A DNA stretch of 63,746 nucleotides, filler included, from Vannella sp. (GCA_023345925.1; 8 parts of 8 records of this genome joined end to end with filler, not necessarily neighbours in it), one strand, 5' to 3'. Positions 1 to 12,700 are shown, counted from the whole stretch's first letter. The notes: generated from the sequence alone by a model not told the origin. Numbers and translations are program-made.

Positions 1-536
1 GCATGGCCCACGTATCCACTCCGGCCTCCTTGCGCAAGAAGGAGGAAGCGGGTTCCCTAATTAAACCCCGTTTTTCCACAAAAAAAAAAAAATAGAAAAG
101 AGACTTTTTTTTTTTTGTGGAAAAACCCCCAGCTTTCGAGGCTAACGAAAGCTGCTGAGAAAGCAAACAATACCAGAACCAGGAAAAGCCTGAAAACCAA
201 AAAGGGGAAGTGAAGAACTCTGGTCTGGCATTTCGGTTTTGTCGGGAAGCTCTCTGACATGGTGAGGAGTGGGAGCGCGCTCTTCAGCCTCGAGCTAGGA
301 AAAGAGCTTTAGAGCGTCCGTTTGCAGGGGTTGAATTTGGGAGACAAGGTACTGACCCTTTCGTTGCTTAGAACTCCTTGCTGTCGCTCAGCGGTCGAGT
401 CACGACCAGATACCAAAGACTTTGGGTCATAGTTAGCGCTCCTAGTATGCTGTTCCTCTTCGTTCTCTTGGGTATCGCCGACAAGCTTGTAGTGTGAGCC
501 TCCTTTTAACTTCCCGACGATAGCCGGACTCATCAG

Positions 537-1819
537 ATGTTCAGGGACGTTGTTGGTTTCTTCTACCCCGCTTACTGTACTCTAAAGCTTATTGAATCAA
601 GGAGCAAGGGCGACAAGATCCAGTGGATGACATACTGGCTCATATTCGGCGGATTCAGTGTCGCTGAGTCCTTCACTCCCACCATCTGCTACTTCTTCCC
701 CAATTACTTCGTTATCAAGTTCTTCTTCATCCTTTGGCTCATCTGTCCCGTCTTAAACGTGAGTTCCTTCCGCCTCGTCAATGCTCATTCTCCCTAATCT
801 CTCGTAGGGAGCCAGATTCATCTCCAGATTGATTCGAACGGATGAGACTTGCGAGAAGAAGGTGCCCGCTGATGACATCGAAGATCAAGAATGCCGTATC
901 TGCTATGAGGACTTCTCCTGCCTCCAAATGTGCACCCTTTCCTGCGATCATTGCTTCTGCTACTCTTGTCTACAAAGCCAAATCAGGGCGGAGGTTGAGA
1001 AGGGTCACCACATAACCTGCCCTTTCGAAGGATGCGGTGTTCCTCTCACCCATGAGAAGATCCGTCTCATCGCGGATATGAAGGGTGGCAATGTCCTAAG
1101 CGAGTTCTACGCTCACGACGCCAGGATTGCCAAAAGTGGAACCAGAGGCCGTGACTGTCCCTATCCCGGCTGTCCCAGCTGGTACATCTTGGACACTGAT
1201 GGAGAGCATGATATCTCCGAGTGCAACAGCTGTAGTGGATCCATTTGCACCAGATGTGGAGAGAAGTACCATTACTTCGGTGGGTGCACAGAATTGGAAG
1301 CGGCCAGGCTTGCCTGGAACCAGTGGAAGGCTGCCGATCGCCAAAGCTACAAAGGAGAAGCTGAGCGAGCTGCTCATCAAATCCGCCAACAAGAAGCAAA
1401 CGCGCGCCTGGAAGATTTAAGGAAAGATGAGGCTTGGAAGGCAGCTCACACTCGCCACTGTCCCCATTGCCAGACTGTTGTCGAAAAGCTGGATGGCTGT
1501 AACTCAATGATATGCGGAAGAAACTATCACGGCGGTGATGATCAGCGGGGAATGTGGAAAAGGATTTGATTGGTCAACAGCTGCTCCTTACCGCTCCGTC
1601 GTCGACGTGGAACTGTTCAACGTTGGTGTCACTGCGGAAGATATTGCCAGAGCCAGATCAAATCAAAGGGCCCACGACCATTTCTGCTCTCAGTGTCAAA
1701 AGGACATTGTCGGCATCCGGTTCCAATGTGCCCATTGCCTTGACTTCAATCTTTGTGAGGACTGCGAGACCACTGCAATTCACCGATTGGACCACGACAC
1801 CTTCCTCATCATCACGTAA
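537..1819 (+). CDS. REEP/HVA22 (TB2/DP1) domain fused to RBR-type E3 ubiquitin ligase with C-terminal ZZ zinc finger; contains a +1 frameshift at ~1552; further 5' exons from ~259 possible
   Basis: 537-758 encodes VGFFYPAY..LKLIES..D..QWMTYW..F (HVA22/REEP signature). GT-AG intron 759-807 joins it in frame to the 829-1569 ORF: RING1 CRIC..CDHCFCYSC, IBR CPYPGC..CNSC..CTRC..H, RING2 CPHC..EKLDGCNSMIC. ZZ finger CSQCQKDIVGIRFQCAHCLDFNLCEDC lies in the next frame (1535-1819). Confidence 0.8.
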
Positions 1820-1980
1820 ATGACACTGTTCTACTGCACCTCGATGATGTCGTGGTAATCCTTGCACTTGGTGCTACTAATATCGAGACTCGTCCCATAG
1901 GAGGATATTCTTGAAGACCGTTTAAAGTGCAAAGGAATGTATTTCAGAGTCGAGGGAAAGAGAGGATAGGGAATAGTTGG

Positions 1981-4900
1981 TTACTTCCTCGCTTTTTTGT
2001 TCTTTTTGTGAGAAGAATGGCCAGTGTACTCAAAGCCAGAAACTTCGTTGGTAACAACAGCTTCCTGAGATCGATTTTCGTACCACTCCCTCAGCTCTTC
2101 TCTGTGGTAGACTGCAAGGACTAACAGAGTCAGGATTATCAGAGGCCAAAATGAGGCATTGCCCAGCTCAGTGGGAACCAAACTGAGTCGTGGCTGGAAC
2201 TCCAATTGAACATGAACGCGATGTTCGAAGTTCTTTGTTGCAGTACGCTCATTGAAGTCCACAATCGTCTCGGGGAGCTTAAAGTCGTACTGAGTGGAAG
2301 ACAGAGAAGTTGTTAATCGGACAAAATAACGCTCTTTTGGCAGCTGAGGAAAATCGAAGGTCTTGAATACACTTAGAGGGTAAGTTTGAACAAGCTCCTC
2401 CTTCTCCTGCTTCTTATTCCAAACATGCAATTCAACCTAACCAACCATCCTATTAGAACCTCCATCAATTGACAATCAAACTTACCTTGATAGACGAAAG
2501 GTGCTCATCAGCCACATCCACAACGCCAGCAATATCAAATTTGGTGCCAGAGCGGAAGGTAATGAAGTTAATCCCTTCGACATCGGAAGAAGGCATGAGA
2601 ATGACAGAGCTGAGGGGGGCCGCACGTTCTACGCGCTCTGAAGAGCGCACAGCAATCTTGTACTCAGCATCAGGGCGGAGTCCTCGCAGTCGGAAAACAC
2701 CTTTACTGTCACTCTGTGCCTCTTCTTCTTGGTTTGATCCATCCAAGCTGGAAGCCACAACCACAACACCGCGTTCAGCATCTCCATTCAAGGAGTGAAT
2801 GCGACCATGAACTGAGTATGCAACACGAGTAGCTTCCAGACGGACGGGATGATTGCTTCCAGTCTTGAGAGCAATCGAAGCACTAGAAGGGGTGAAAGCC
2901 CATTCCTTCAAAATAGGTCTCAAGTAGTAACCTCCAGGGAAAAGCTCCCCGAAGGAGAAGAGCCCTTGATTGTTAGAAGCTCCGTCACTATGGAAGGATT
3001 CATCTCCAGTAAGAGACAACAGCACGCCCACTACAGGCTCTCCTGTCACTGAATCCACGACAGATACACTGATCTGACTCAATTCAACCGCTTGGAACCC
3101 ATTGCCGTCCTCTCGCTTAGTAAAGTGGAAGCCAGCAAGAACTGCCTGCGTGGTGTACTCTTGATCATCGTAAAGAGGACCCGCCTTGTACTTGCCTGTT
3201 CCGTCAGTCAGGGCGGAGAGAACTTCTTGGTTATCGCTCTTCTGGCGGACAATGATAGCAACATTAGGAAGTCCCACCTGACCTTCAAGGAAGAGTCCTG
3301 GACGGCCATTGAACTCCTCCACGCGCTCAGGACAACCACCATCTGCTTGGTCAGACACCTGAACCTGCCTTTCCCCTGGATAAAAGAGCAATCCAGAGTC
3401 ACTGTGAGGAGTTATGCTCAACCGCTCTCCCAAAGTTGCCCAATAGAGATAGCGGAGCTCTCCCAAAGTGGCGGTCTCTGATGCCATTAACACTGTGTCA
3501 GCTCCAATCAGGGATGAGTTGATGTGAACAGAAAGAGAGGATCCAGCGGTAGCTTGGGGAACCACTAAAGTGCCCTCTACAGGGTAATGGCTGACTTCCA
3601 ACACGACAATCTGAGGATCTGAGGTCTCCCATTCATATTGGTCCTGTTCGAATCGCAAGCATGAGGATGGAGACAGCTCATAAATTCCTACTGTCTCAAT
3701 ACAGATCTCAGATGCCCCACGAGGAAGAGGGACTGTGGTGGGAACTCCATCGGGGAGAAGTCGATAAGCCAGTTTGGCAGAGTGGGAAGCCTGAAGCTGA
3801 AGAATCACTCCCCGCTGAGACAGCTCAATGCCACTGATGTCTTCGCCTGCGACAGAGACAGAGCGACTGCCCTGAAGGAAGCACCATGTTGGCACCGTGG
3901 CACTGATTGTGTACTCCCCAGGAGCGACCTGGTCCATTTCCCAGGACCCATCTGCATTGACCTTTGCTTGGCGATCTCCTGGAGTGAGCGAGACAGTCAA
4001 GGAGCTCGGGCACGACTGAAGGCAACGAACTGATCCTCTCAATGTCACTCGAGTCTGAGCAAAGTCAAGCCCCTGCTGAGGAGAAGCCTTCACCTCGACA
4101 CTCCGTTGAGAAGGGTGGAAGAGGAGGCGGCCAATCTCTCCAGGGAAGATCTCTGGTTTGATAACGACCGTGCCAGCCCCCACTGGTACACCCCGGAGGC
4201 AATACTCGCCGGTGGTTGAGTCCACTTGGGCTTCTTGAACACTCTTTCCGACTGTAAGCTCTACTCGACGAGCAGCTGATGAAGGAGGAGCATCAACAGT
4301 ACCGCAGAGGTCCACTCCTGTTACCTCGGCTTCTGGAAGAGAGGAGAGAGTTGGAGAGAGCTCAATGTTGGCGAGAGGCGCAAAGGAGAGCCCGCTCTTC
4401 TCAAAGGAGAGACTGTGAGAGCCTGCTCGTAGCTCGTGTAAGGTGTAGCGACCTTCTTGGTTCGTCGTAGCGCGTTTGATGCCGTCCAACATGACGGAAA
4501 CGTCACTGATGGGTAGTTTGCCAGGAGCCAGGACCCTACCAGGGAGGGAGAAGCCAACCACGCGGAAGGGAAGAGCCAAAGTAGTCTTCCAACCCTCCTT
4601 GGAGGGAACCGTGAGAGAAGAGGAAGCAGGTGAGATAGTGAATGATGTGCCTTCACTTGTTTGGTGAGTAGGACGAACCTCATAGAGTCCAGTAGCGACT
4701 CCAGAGAACACAAAGGACCCGTCATCACCAGAAACGATGTGTTGCACTCGTTCACCATCCTCAGAGAACAGATTGGCTGTTACTCCACTCATAGGCTCTC
4801 CAGTTTCTGATTGGATCGACCCACGAACAAGGTAACCAGTGATCTGCAGAGGAGACTCGACTTCCGCAGCTCCCCAGCCAACTGTAGCCGACACAGAGCC

Positions 4901-5473
4901 AGCCTCAGCGAAAGAGAGATCACAGTGAGCGATTGTCACCTTGTAGTCCCCAGGTAGCACCTCAGGGAACTCGTAGAAGCCGTTGGTAGCGACTTGAGCG
5001 CGAGTGATCTCGACGCCACCTCGGTTGAGGGCGACTGAAAGGGGCGCCAGCAGAGGTGCAGGAGTGACTGATCCACGGAGAGAGAAGCCGATCAACTGGA
5101 AATCCAAGCGATCTCCTTGGCGACAAGAGGCAGAAGGAGCGGAGTCGGAGAGAAAGCGCCATCCGTTTGGTCCTCGCACTCGGACGGTCACTGCGGCGTC
5201 TTCATAGAGGGGAAGAAGGTAGTGTCCATTAGGAGAACATTCTGCACGCTCTTTGACTGCTCCACTGGCGCTCAGGGCCTCAACAACCACTGAGGTGTAG
5301 TCCACATTGACCCTCGTTCTGTTCCTGTTAGCAAACCCTCTCATACCGTATCTCACTCACTCAAGGATTTCTTTAGAAGCCTTGACAAAGCCACTGCATC
5401 GTAAATGCTGGCTCCCCTCCTCAGCAATCACAAAGGCCGCCAACAAAGCGAACAGAAGCCACCCCGCTCGCAT
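1981..5473 (-). CDS. NOMO: Nodal modulator (NOMO/pM5)-like type I membrane protein
   Basis: Signal peptide MRAGWLLFALL from ATG 5473, then CSGFVKAS. ECSPNGHYLLPLYE..GPNGWRF matches the NOMO N-terminus. Many Ig/prealbumin-like repeats, GGYYLRPILKEWAFTP, and a C-terminal TM with basic tail KKNKKARK. Short introns near 5320-5360 and 2435-2485. Confidence 0.9.
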
Positions 5474-5705
5474 GGGTACCAAATAAAGAGGAACAGTATT
5501 CATTTGTTCCTTTGAAATGTCCTGGCTTCTTTTTCTAGCGAGTGATTGGGCACCTCTTGAATCTTCTAGAAGATGATCTGTCTCATCGATCGTGAATCGA
5601 GTGTCCCTTTGACCAAATTTGGATATTCCTCCTTATTAGGAAAACTGTTGAGGAAACTAAAATCGCGATCTTTCTTCGCGTCGACTCTTGTCATTTCATA
5701 TTGGC

Positions 5706-6191
5706 ATGCCCAACAACCGAGCCTTGAAACCAGAGCATGAGAAAGCGATGCAACGTCTGCAATCTTTCCTTAGCGAGTGCGCACCCTCCCGGGAGGGAGA
5801 AAGGGGCGTTGTCTCTCACTCTTCATTTGTTCAAGGGTCCATCGGCATGTATCCATGCAACGTCCCCGCTCGTCTCATCCCTTCTGCATGCGATTGGCGA
5901 TGGAACCAAGCGAAAGGCAAGAAGGAAACCTCCCTGAGTGAACAGACATCAACGGTTGTGTTGACAAAACTCATCCCCCGCCGGCGATGTCCTTATCCTT
6001 CATTAACAAAAGTTCCCCGTTACAAGCTATGGCACTTTGAAGTCAAGCCCGGATGTGGAGAACCCTACACTGTCCTTTGGTGTGAAAAAGGGACCGTCCC
6101 CGCACCCCCAACACAACGCGTCCCTCCAGCTCTCGCTCTCCCGTTCAACCCCCAGCTGGAGAAAGCCCATTTAAGGTACATTTGCAACTGA
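5706..6191 (+). CDS. Hypothetical small basic protein, tandem paralog 1 (possible transcription factor)
   Basis: Intronless ORF. Many blocks are shared with 6682-7146 (GSIGM, WxWNQAKxKKET, VVLTKLIPRRR, PRYKxWHF, TVLWCEKGT, LxKAxLxYICN), and the two differ at synonymous positions, which supports coding. Confidence 0.8.
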   Translation: MPNNRALKPEHEKAMQRLQSFLSECAPSREGERGVVSHSSFVQGSIGMYPCNVPARLIPSACDWRWNQAKGKKETSLSEQTSTVVLTKLIPRRRCPYPSLTKVPRYKLWHFEVKPGCGEPYTVLWCEKGTVPAPPTQRVPPALALPFNPQLEKAHLRYICN

Positions 6192-6681
6192 GACCTTCAA
6201 GACCATGCTCCTCCTTCTGGCGAGATCTCTTCGCATACTGGATCGTGCACTGGCGAGACTCAACGACTTCTCGTATCAGAAACGAGGCCCCGTTATGAAC
6301 ACTCTATTTACTTTGCTAAAGCGGCTTTGAAGCAAGAGGAGGGGAAGGGCCAGGATTCGTGTCTGTCCCAGCAGAAATCAGACAAACAACCCTTGACGAC
6401 AGTAGAAAGGATGGACCAAGCTACTTCTCCTTCCTATGATCAAGTGTCGAACATTTCCTTTGCGTGAAGTGAAGAGACAAGTATGGTCGTAAGGGACCCA
6501 GCTTTGCAATCATCCCTTATCACCAAATCGGAGAATGATCGAGTATTTATCAGAAAGTGAGGTTGCAAACCCATTTACAGACTTTTCTATTCCACCTTTC
6601 TGCTGAAATTAAGAGAAAGTTTTGCTGCATCATTTATATTGCGTCCACCTTTCAGTGGCGGGCTCAGGTTGGCAGTACCGC

Positions 6682-7146
6682 ATGAAACCGGAGCAAATCA
6701 CTGCGCTTGTACGCCTGGAACGTTTCCTGAGTGAGCGGGAGTGTGAAAAAGGTGTTGTTACTCGCTCTTCCATTTACGAAGGATCCATAGGGATGTTCCG
6801 ATCCAACCTCGCTGTACGACAGATCCCTTCTGAGAGCACTTGGCACTGGAATCAAGCTAAAAGCAAGAAGGAGACCTTCCTAAGAGGGCGCAAACCGGCA
6901 AAAGTTGTACTCACGAAACTCATCCCCCGCCGAAGATACCCCTCAAGCACGAAACTTCCTCGATACAAGATATGGCACTTTGCAGTCAAGCCCAACGAAG
7001 GTGAACCTTTCACTGTTCTTTGGTGCGAAAAGGGAACCGCTCCCCCACTTTCCACCCATCACCCCCCTCATGCACTGGCCCTTCCTTTCACCAGAACCGA
7101 AGTACCCCAGTTGATGAAAGCTCAGTTAAGTTACATATGCAACTGA
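6682..7146 (+). CDS. Hypothetical small basic protein, tandem paralog 2
   Basis: Paralog of 5706-6191 with the same conserved blocks and the same YICN-stop ending. Confidence 0.8.
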   Translation: MKPEQITALVRLERFLSERECEKGVVTRSSIYEGSIGMFRSNLAVRQIPSESTWHWNQAKSKKETFLRGRKPAKVVLTKLIPRRRYPSSTKLPRYKIWHFAVKPNEGEPFTVLWCEKGTAPPLSTHHPPHALALPFTRTEVPQLMKAQLSYICN

Positions 7147-7565
7147 GACACTGCTGAACAATGAACACTTTTGGTTGCACTTGCCCTTGCACCTTTTTCC
7201 GGTTCATCTGACCGACTAGACTTGTAGGGACATCAGCTAAGGAAAGGAAGTGAGTATGAAATTCATTAACTGCGGGAATATGCTTCGAAACGGGAAAGTG
7301 GAAGGGGAGCGTGTCGTTGGATTTTCTCGAGGCTCCTTTGACACGTCTAAGCTCAAATGCAAGGCACTTCTGAAATGGTACAACTCATGAAACATAGAGC
7401 AAGCTCACTTCTCAAAAGAGCTTTGCAGGGACAAAGAGAGAAGAAAGAGGGAAACTCCGTTCTCGACTGTTTGAGAACGGGTACTTCTGTCCGAATAATC
7501 AAACTCACCTATGGCCAACAAGTTCACACTCTCTCTCTCTCCCTGCAAAGACGAGAAGAAACGAG

Positions 7566-7665
7566 NNNNNNNNNNNNNNNNNNNNNNNNNNNNNNNNNNN
7601 NNNNNNNNNTTAATTAATTAANNNNNNNNNNNNNNNNNNNNNNNNNNNNNNNNNNNNNNNNNNNN
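7566..7665. other. Artificial contig spacer (N-run, TTAATTAATTAA, N-run)
   Basis: 100-bp six-frame stop linker. The same spacer occurs at 15907-16006, 27008-27107, 39867-39966, 50511-50610, 56997-57096 and 60530-60629. Confidence 0.98.
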
Positions 7666-7854
7666 GGTCCCGGTCGAATTTGAAGCCACTTTTCAACGGA
7701 GGCCAACGGACGTCACCGGCTGAGCGGGTGGTGAATTAATCTCTCCGAATGAATAATTTATGTGCCGGAGAGGGTAAAAAGCCTTGATTTTTTGGTTTCA
7801 AGTTTGGGCTATTTTGAACAGTCCTTTTGGGCAAACGGCTTCGAAGGGGACTGA

Positions 7855-9519
7855 ATGTTTCACGTTGTTGTGGAGGTGAACGATAAGGAAGAGGAGAGCG
7901 CAGTGCCTCTCCTGGGAACAGTTGTACGCTCTGTGGAGCCGTACTACATGGACCAGTTCCAGTTCTCCGCGGAAGCAACGTCTTCGGTGTCTGTGGCCAA
8001 CGAGATTCCCTTTGAGACAGGGAACCCTGTCGTACAGATGACAAAGGGAGTCTTTCACTTGTGTAAGGACGCTGATCCACAGCTTGTACGGATGGCAAAT
8101 GGGGGCGACGCCCACCAAGCCAGCGACTTGTGGAACCGCTCCATCCCTGAAGTACGCAGCAACCTGGTGTGTGTGCTCTCGGTTCCTCAGTGGATGTCTC
8201 CTTCGGAGCTCTGTAAATGGATGCGCCAGTTCGACGGAGCAAAGCACCTCCGGCTGATTCTACCGCCCAATCCTGCTTTCTACATGGTGGCGATTGAGTT
8301 TGTGTCTCAGCACCATGCAGACCACTTCTACATGTCCTCTAACTCACAACCTTACAATTCAGTCGAGAACGAGCGATGCTACGCAGTGTTTATCCGAGAA
8401 GTGACCTTCACAGAGCCCCAAAATGGCATTCTCTTCGACAATGGAGCCTCCAAAGAGCTTCCATCATGTCCCATATGTCTGGAGAAGCTAGATGCTGAAG
8501 AAAGCGGGCTCATCTGGTCGTTGTGCAATCATCAATTCCACGTCAACTGTCTGGCTCAATGTGAGGCAGAGAGCAATTGTCCTGTCTGCCGCTTCTCTAT
8601 GCACCGCGAACTGGACCCTGAGAGTCGCTCTGTATGTGTAGATTGTGATTCAAATGAGAATTTGTGGATTTGCCTTCTCTGCGGTAACATTGGATGCAGT
8701 CGTTATCAGAATGAGCATGCTGAGCTTCATTTTCATACCACTGGCCACACGTATGCCCTTGAAATTGAGACACAAAGGGTTTGGGACTATACTGGTGATG
8801 GCTATGTCCATCGACTGATTCAAAACAATGTGGATGGGAAGATGGTCGAGATTCCAGACCCAAATAGCTCCTCGATGACGCGGATGGGCAAGGAAAAAGA
8901 CTATTCTAAGCTTGATGCGATCGTGGTCGAGTATAACTATCTTTTGACCACCCAGCTTGAGAGCCAAAGACTCTACTTTGAACAAAGGGAGACTGAGAAA
9001 GAAGCGCGCATTCGAGCTCTAGAGGAGAAACTCTCCTCCCTGACAGATGTAATTCCAACCCACATGGAGAAGCAAAGAGAAGAGAGAACGGTTGCACTTC
9101 TTAACGCCAAAATCTCCAAACTCCAATCCGAGTCTTCGGCTCTTCAAAGAGAAATCACTTTTCTTAAGGATGTGAGAGCCCCTACCCCTTTCCCTGCCCT
9201 TTTTGACACTCTTTAGATGAACAATCATCTTGAATGCAACCAGGAGATCTGGAAGACCCGTTTGAGTGACTTTGAAAAACGGTCTAGCGAGCAGATACAA
9301 GAAAAGGAGTCGCTTTTGATGGAAATGGAAGGTCAAGTGCGAGACTTGATGCTTCATTTGGATAGTGCGCACAAATTGAACGAGTTGAATTCATCAGAGC
9401 TCAGTGACGGAGCAATCATTTCCATCAATGCACCTCCTGCTACACCAACGCCCTCCCCATCCGCAACTGGTCCTCAGACAACACCAAGGAAAGGCAAAGG
9501 CCGAAGAAAGTATAAATAG
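7855..9519 (+). CDS. BRAP: BRCA1-associated protein 2 / IMP / ETP1 RING and zf-UBP E3 ligase
   Basis: BRAP2 domain (VCVLSVPQWMSP..YMVAIEF..YNSVENERC), RING-H2 ELPSCPICLEKLD..CNHQFH..CPVCR, zf-UBP LWICLLCGNIGCSRY..HA..H..RVWDYTGDGYVHRL, then a coiled coil. Intron 9172-9216. Confidence 0.93.
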
Positions 9520-9783
9520 GTTCAGAGGAGTGTCACAGAGATACGGGACTTCAGCAGGGGAGATTCAAGCTGAACATCTAGGTCTCTTTCATGCTTTAAT
9601 GCGAGCGAACTGTAGAGTCTCCCACTCATCAAGGAGCATCACGAAAACTCGCATAGTAAATAACTTTAATGCACACAAGACGGAGAGGAAGGCTAATCCA
9701 GTAGGATGAGGGAATTGATTATGGGTTTGTATCCAACAGAGTGAGTTATCTGATCAGATGATTGAAGGGACTTTGAGAGAATG

Positions 9784-12700
9784 TTAATGTGATTCGGTTG
9801 AGCTTATGAGAGTCAATGTCAGAGCACCATCAGGAGTACGAGAGTAGGTGAATGAGAGGGGCCGACCGGGAGTGACTCCTTCGGAGCCAATATCTGGAAC
9901 ATGCTCGAGAATTTGAGCAAGACTGAGATCTTCTGGCACTTGACAGATTTCTTTGCCTTGATAGACAATCGCCATTCGCTTCTGCTTCCGTTTGATCTCC
10001 ATTTCGGATAGAATTTTGGGTGCCGTTTCGGGCATCATTGGAGAGTCAACCGCAGGATCAGTTGAAACCAATGGGGGCTCCAGAGGAGGAACGCTATCAC
10101 TTTCAGGAAGACTCCCTGGTGTCAGCGAGTCTCCTGTGGGAGCATCCAGAGAAGGAGACACAGGTTCAATCAGAGAAGAACTCGTTGGCGGTGTCAACGA
10201 GACCTCCGGAGTGGAGGAAGGTACATTGTCAGGAGATATTTCCCGGTTATTTGCCAACGTAATCGACCCTCGATATGAAGGGATTCCAGCTGCATTTGCA
10301 CGCGGACGTGTGAGTCGTTTGTTGCCTTTTGGAAGTAAACTCATATCTCCAAGATCAATGCCAGACTCTTTGGGGCGCTGCCGCAGAGAGTAGAAGGTAC
10401 CCTTTGCAGGTGGTATCTTTGGAGAGGGATTCAACTTGGCAGCTTTGGGTGAGGCATTGAGATCAGTTGAGGAGGGAAAGAGTGAGATGCTGTGTTTCGT
10501 TATCACCCAGAGCCGGCTTAGTGAGTCCTCACAGATAGAATGAATTGAACTGGCCCCTCGGAGACTCGAAAGCAATAGTTCCTGCTCCGGAACAAGTGAT
10601 GAGCAATCCCACAGTAAAATGCTCCCATCAACATGGCAAGTCAGAACCTTTCCCTTTCGGGTGCTGATAACACAACGCGGGCGAGATAAGGAAGGTAGAG
10701 TCTCGAGACAACTGATATCCTCCATGTTGGTGGCTTGCCAAACTCTGATATTCTCCAAGCCCAAGCTCCACACCTGGTCATTAAAGGAAGCCAGGACTTT
10801 GGTGGGAGTGCTGTTCGCCTCAAACGTGCCCAAAAATTCAAACGTTGCCGCGTGATAAATGCTAACCTGACGTGAGCTGGAATTAGCGATCAGAACCATA
10901 TCCTTGTGCTGTTCTATGGACGATGTCGCCATCAGATTCTCGTCTGTGAAAGTGTGAACCAAAGTGAAGTTCTAACTAATGGTGAGTAGATGCTAACTTT
11001 CCACTGAGCCCGAGTGTGACTTACCAAACTCCAGATCGAGATGATGCCTTCAAAGGGAGACACAATCCAGATATTCTCAACGGATGGTCCTATCCCAGAT
11101 GGTGATGATGCAGTGACGAACTTGAGGATAATGTAAAACGAGCGTGCAAACGGTTGCCACTGGTAAAGCTTTTTCCTTGCCTAGAAACAGAAAGAGTGAG
11201 CTCTTGTGAGGAAGGTAAAGGAAGAAAACTGACCCGGTGGTCCCACACAACGACAATCGAGTCCTCCGAAGCGGAAAGAATATGTTCGTTGACTCGAATC
11301 ATGTGGATGATTCGACTGTTGTGCTCTTTCATTGTGCAAATCACCATGAGAGAGGAAGAACCACTTTCATAGGAGTGAACAGTAATCTCACAGGTACTTT
11401 CTGCTACCCAAAGAGTAGACCCAACTGCTAGACAACAAGTAAAACTCTTTTCAGGAGTAACAACTTGTGCCATAAAGACTCCGTCAGCAGTCACTGGTTC
11501 TACAGGAGCCTCCTTGTTAACACGCAATCCTTGGAATGCCAGTGTTAGAGAAGTTGGTCGCAGAATAACACTGCTTTTTTTCTCTTGGGCTGCAAACGGC
11601 GATGGATACTCGGATAAAAGGTCTGTTAATCGCTGGACGATCTCTGCTGGGGATGGTCGCATTTCCGGTTCGGAATGCCAGCAGTCCTCGATGAGAGAGC
11701 CGTACCCGTCCGGGATACCCGAAGGCAATCGGGGTCTGAGGCTCTTCTGTAAAATTAGGCGGCGCACTTCCACACTGTTACCACCCGCAGCTTTGAGTTC
11801 CACTTCAAAAGGGATATCGATTGCAGCAATCTCCCAAAAGACTATTGCTAGACTATATACATCTGATCGTTGATCATATTGCTTGCTATCCTCTTGGTCA
11901 ATCACTTCAGGAGCAAGCCACTGCCAAGTCTGAAGAGAGCCTCCTAACTGGCCTTGGACACGGCGAGCCAGCCCAAAGTCTCCAATAAGAGCTCGGTCTT
12001 CATCAGAGGCCACAAAGATATTAGGAGATCGCAGGTCACGGTGTACGAGTGGAGGAGTCACACTCTGCATGTAATAGAGTCCCCTAGCTATGCCAAGAGC
12101 GATACGTAGTCGCCTATACCAAGGAAAGTCATCCTGGGATATCTTGGGAATGTCAAAACTATCTGCACCGCCGGGGTGCAGCAACTGGAAGAGGTCTGTT
12201 CCATCCACATACTGGAGGATCATCCGAGGAGGATTGGTCATCACGCCATAGAATCTCACAATATTAGGATGTTTCATCAAACTCATAAGGAATGCCTCCG
12301 CTTGAAACTCTTGGAACTCTCTCAAGTTCTCCTGCGATTGCTTTAGCTCCTTTACTGCGACTTTCTCCCCATTCAAAGAGGCCAAAAACACTTTTCCAAA
12401 AGCTCCTTCACCCAAAATTCGAATCACTTCAAGTGATTCATCACTGAATCGGACAAGATCTTCTAAAAAGAGATCTGGGGCTAAGTGGGAGATACTGACG
12501 CATCGAGACGGAGAAATAATGTTCTGGCAGTAGACCACAAGCTCGCCTCGTTGTTGCGCATCGTGGCAGTCAGAGTATTTAAAGAGGAAGATCTTTTCCC
12601 GGTGATTGCTAACTCTCATGCAGTGCAAACAGGGCAGGAACTCAGTAAGGGAGTCTAAGAGAGCAGGATAGAACGAATCAACGAGAGTTCGAATGGTTTC

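Noticed and set aside
7566..7665. Recurrent TTAATTAATTAA palindrome
   Set aside because: Always centred in 100-bp N blocks. It is an artificial six-frame stop linker between contigs.
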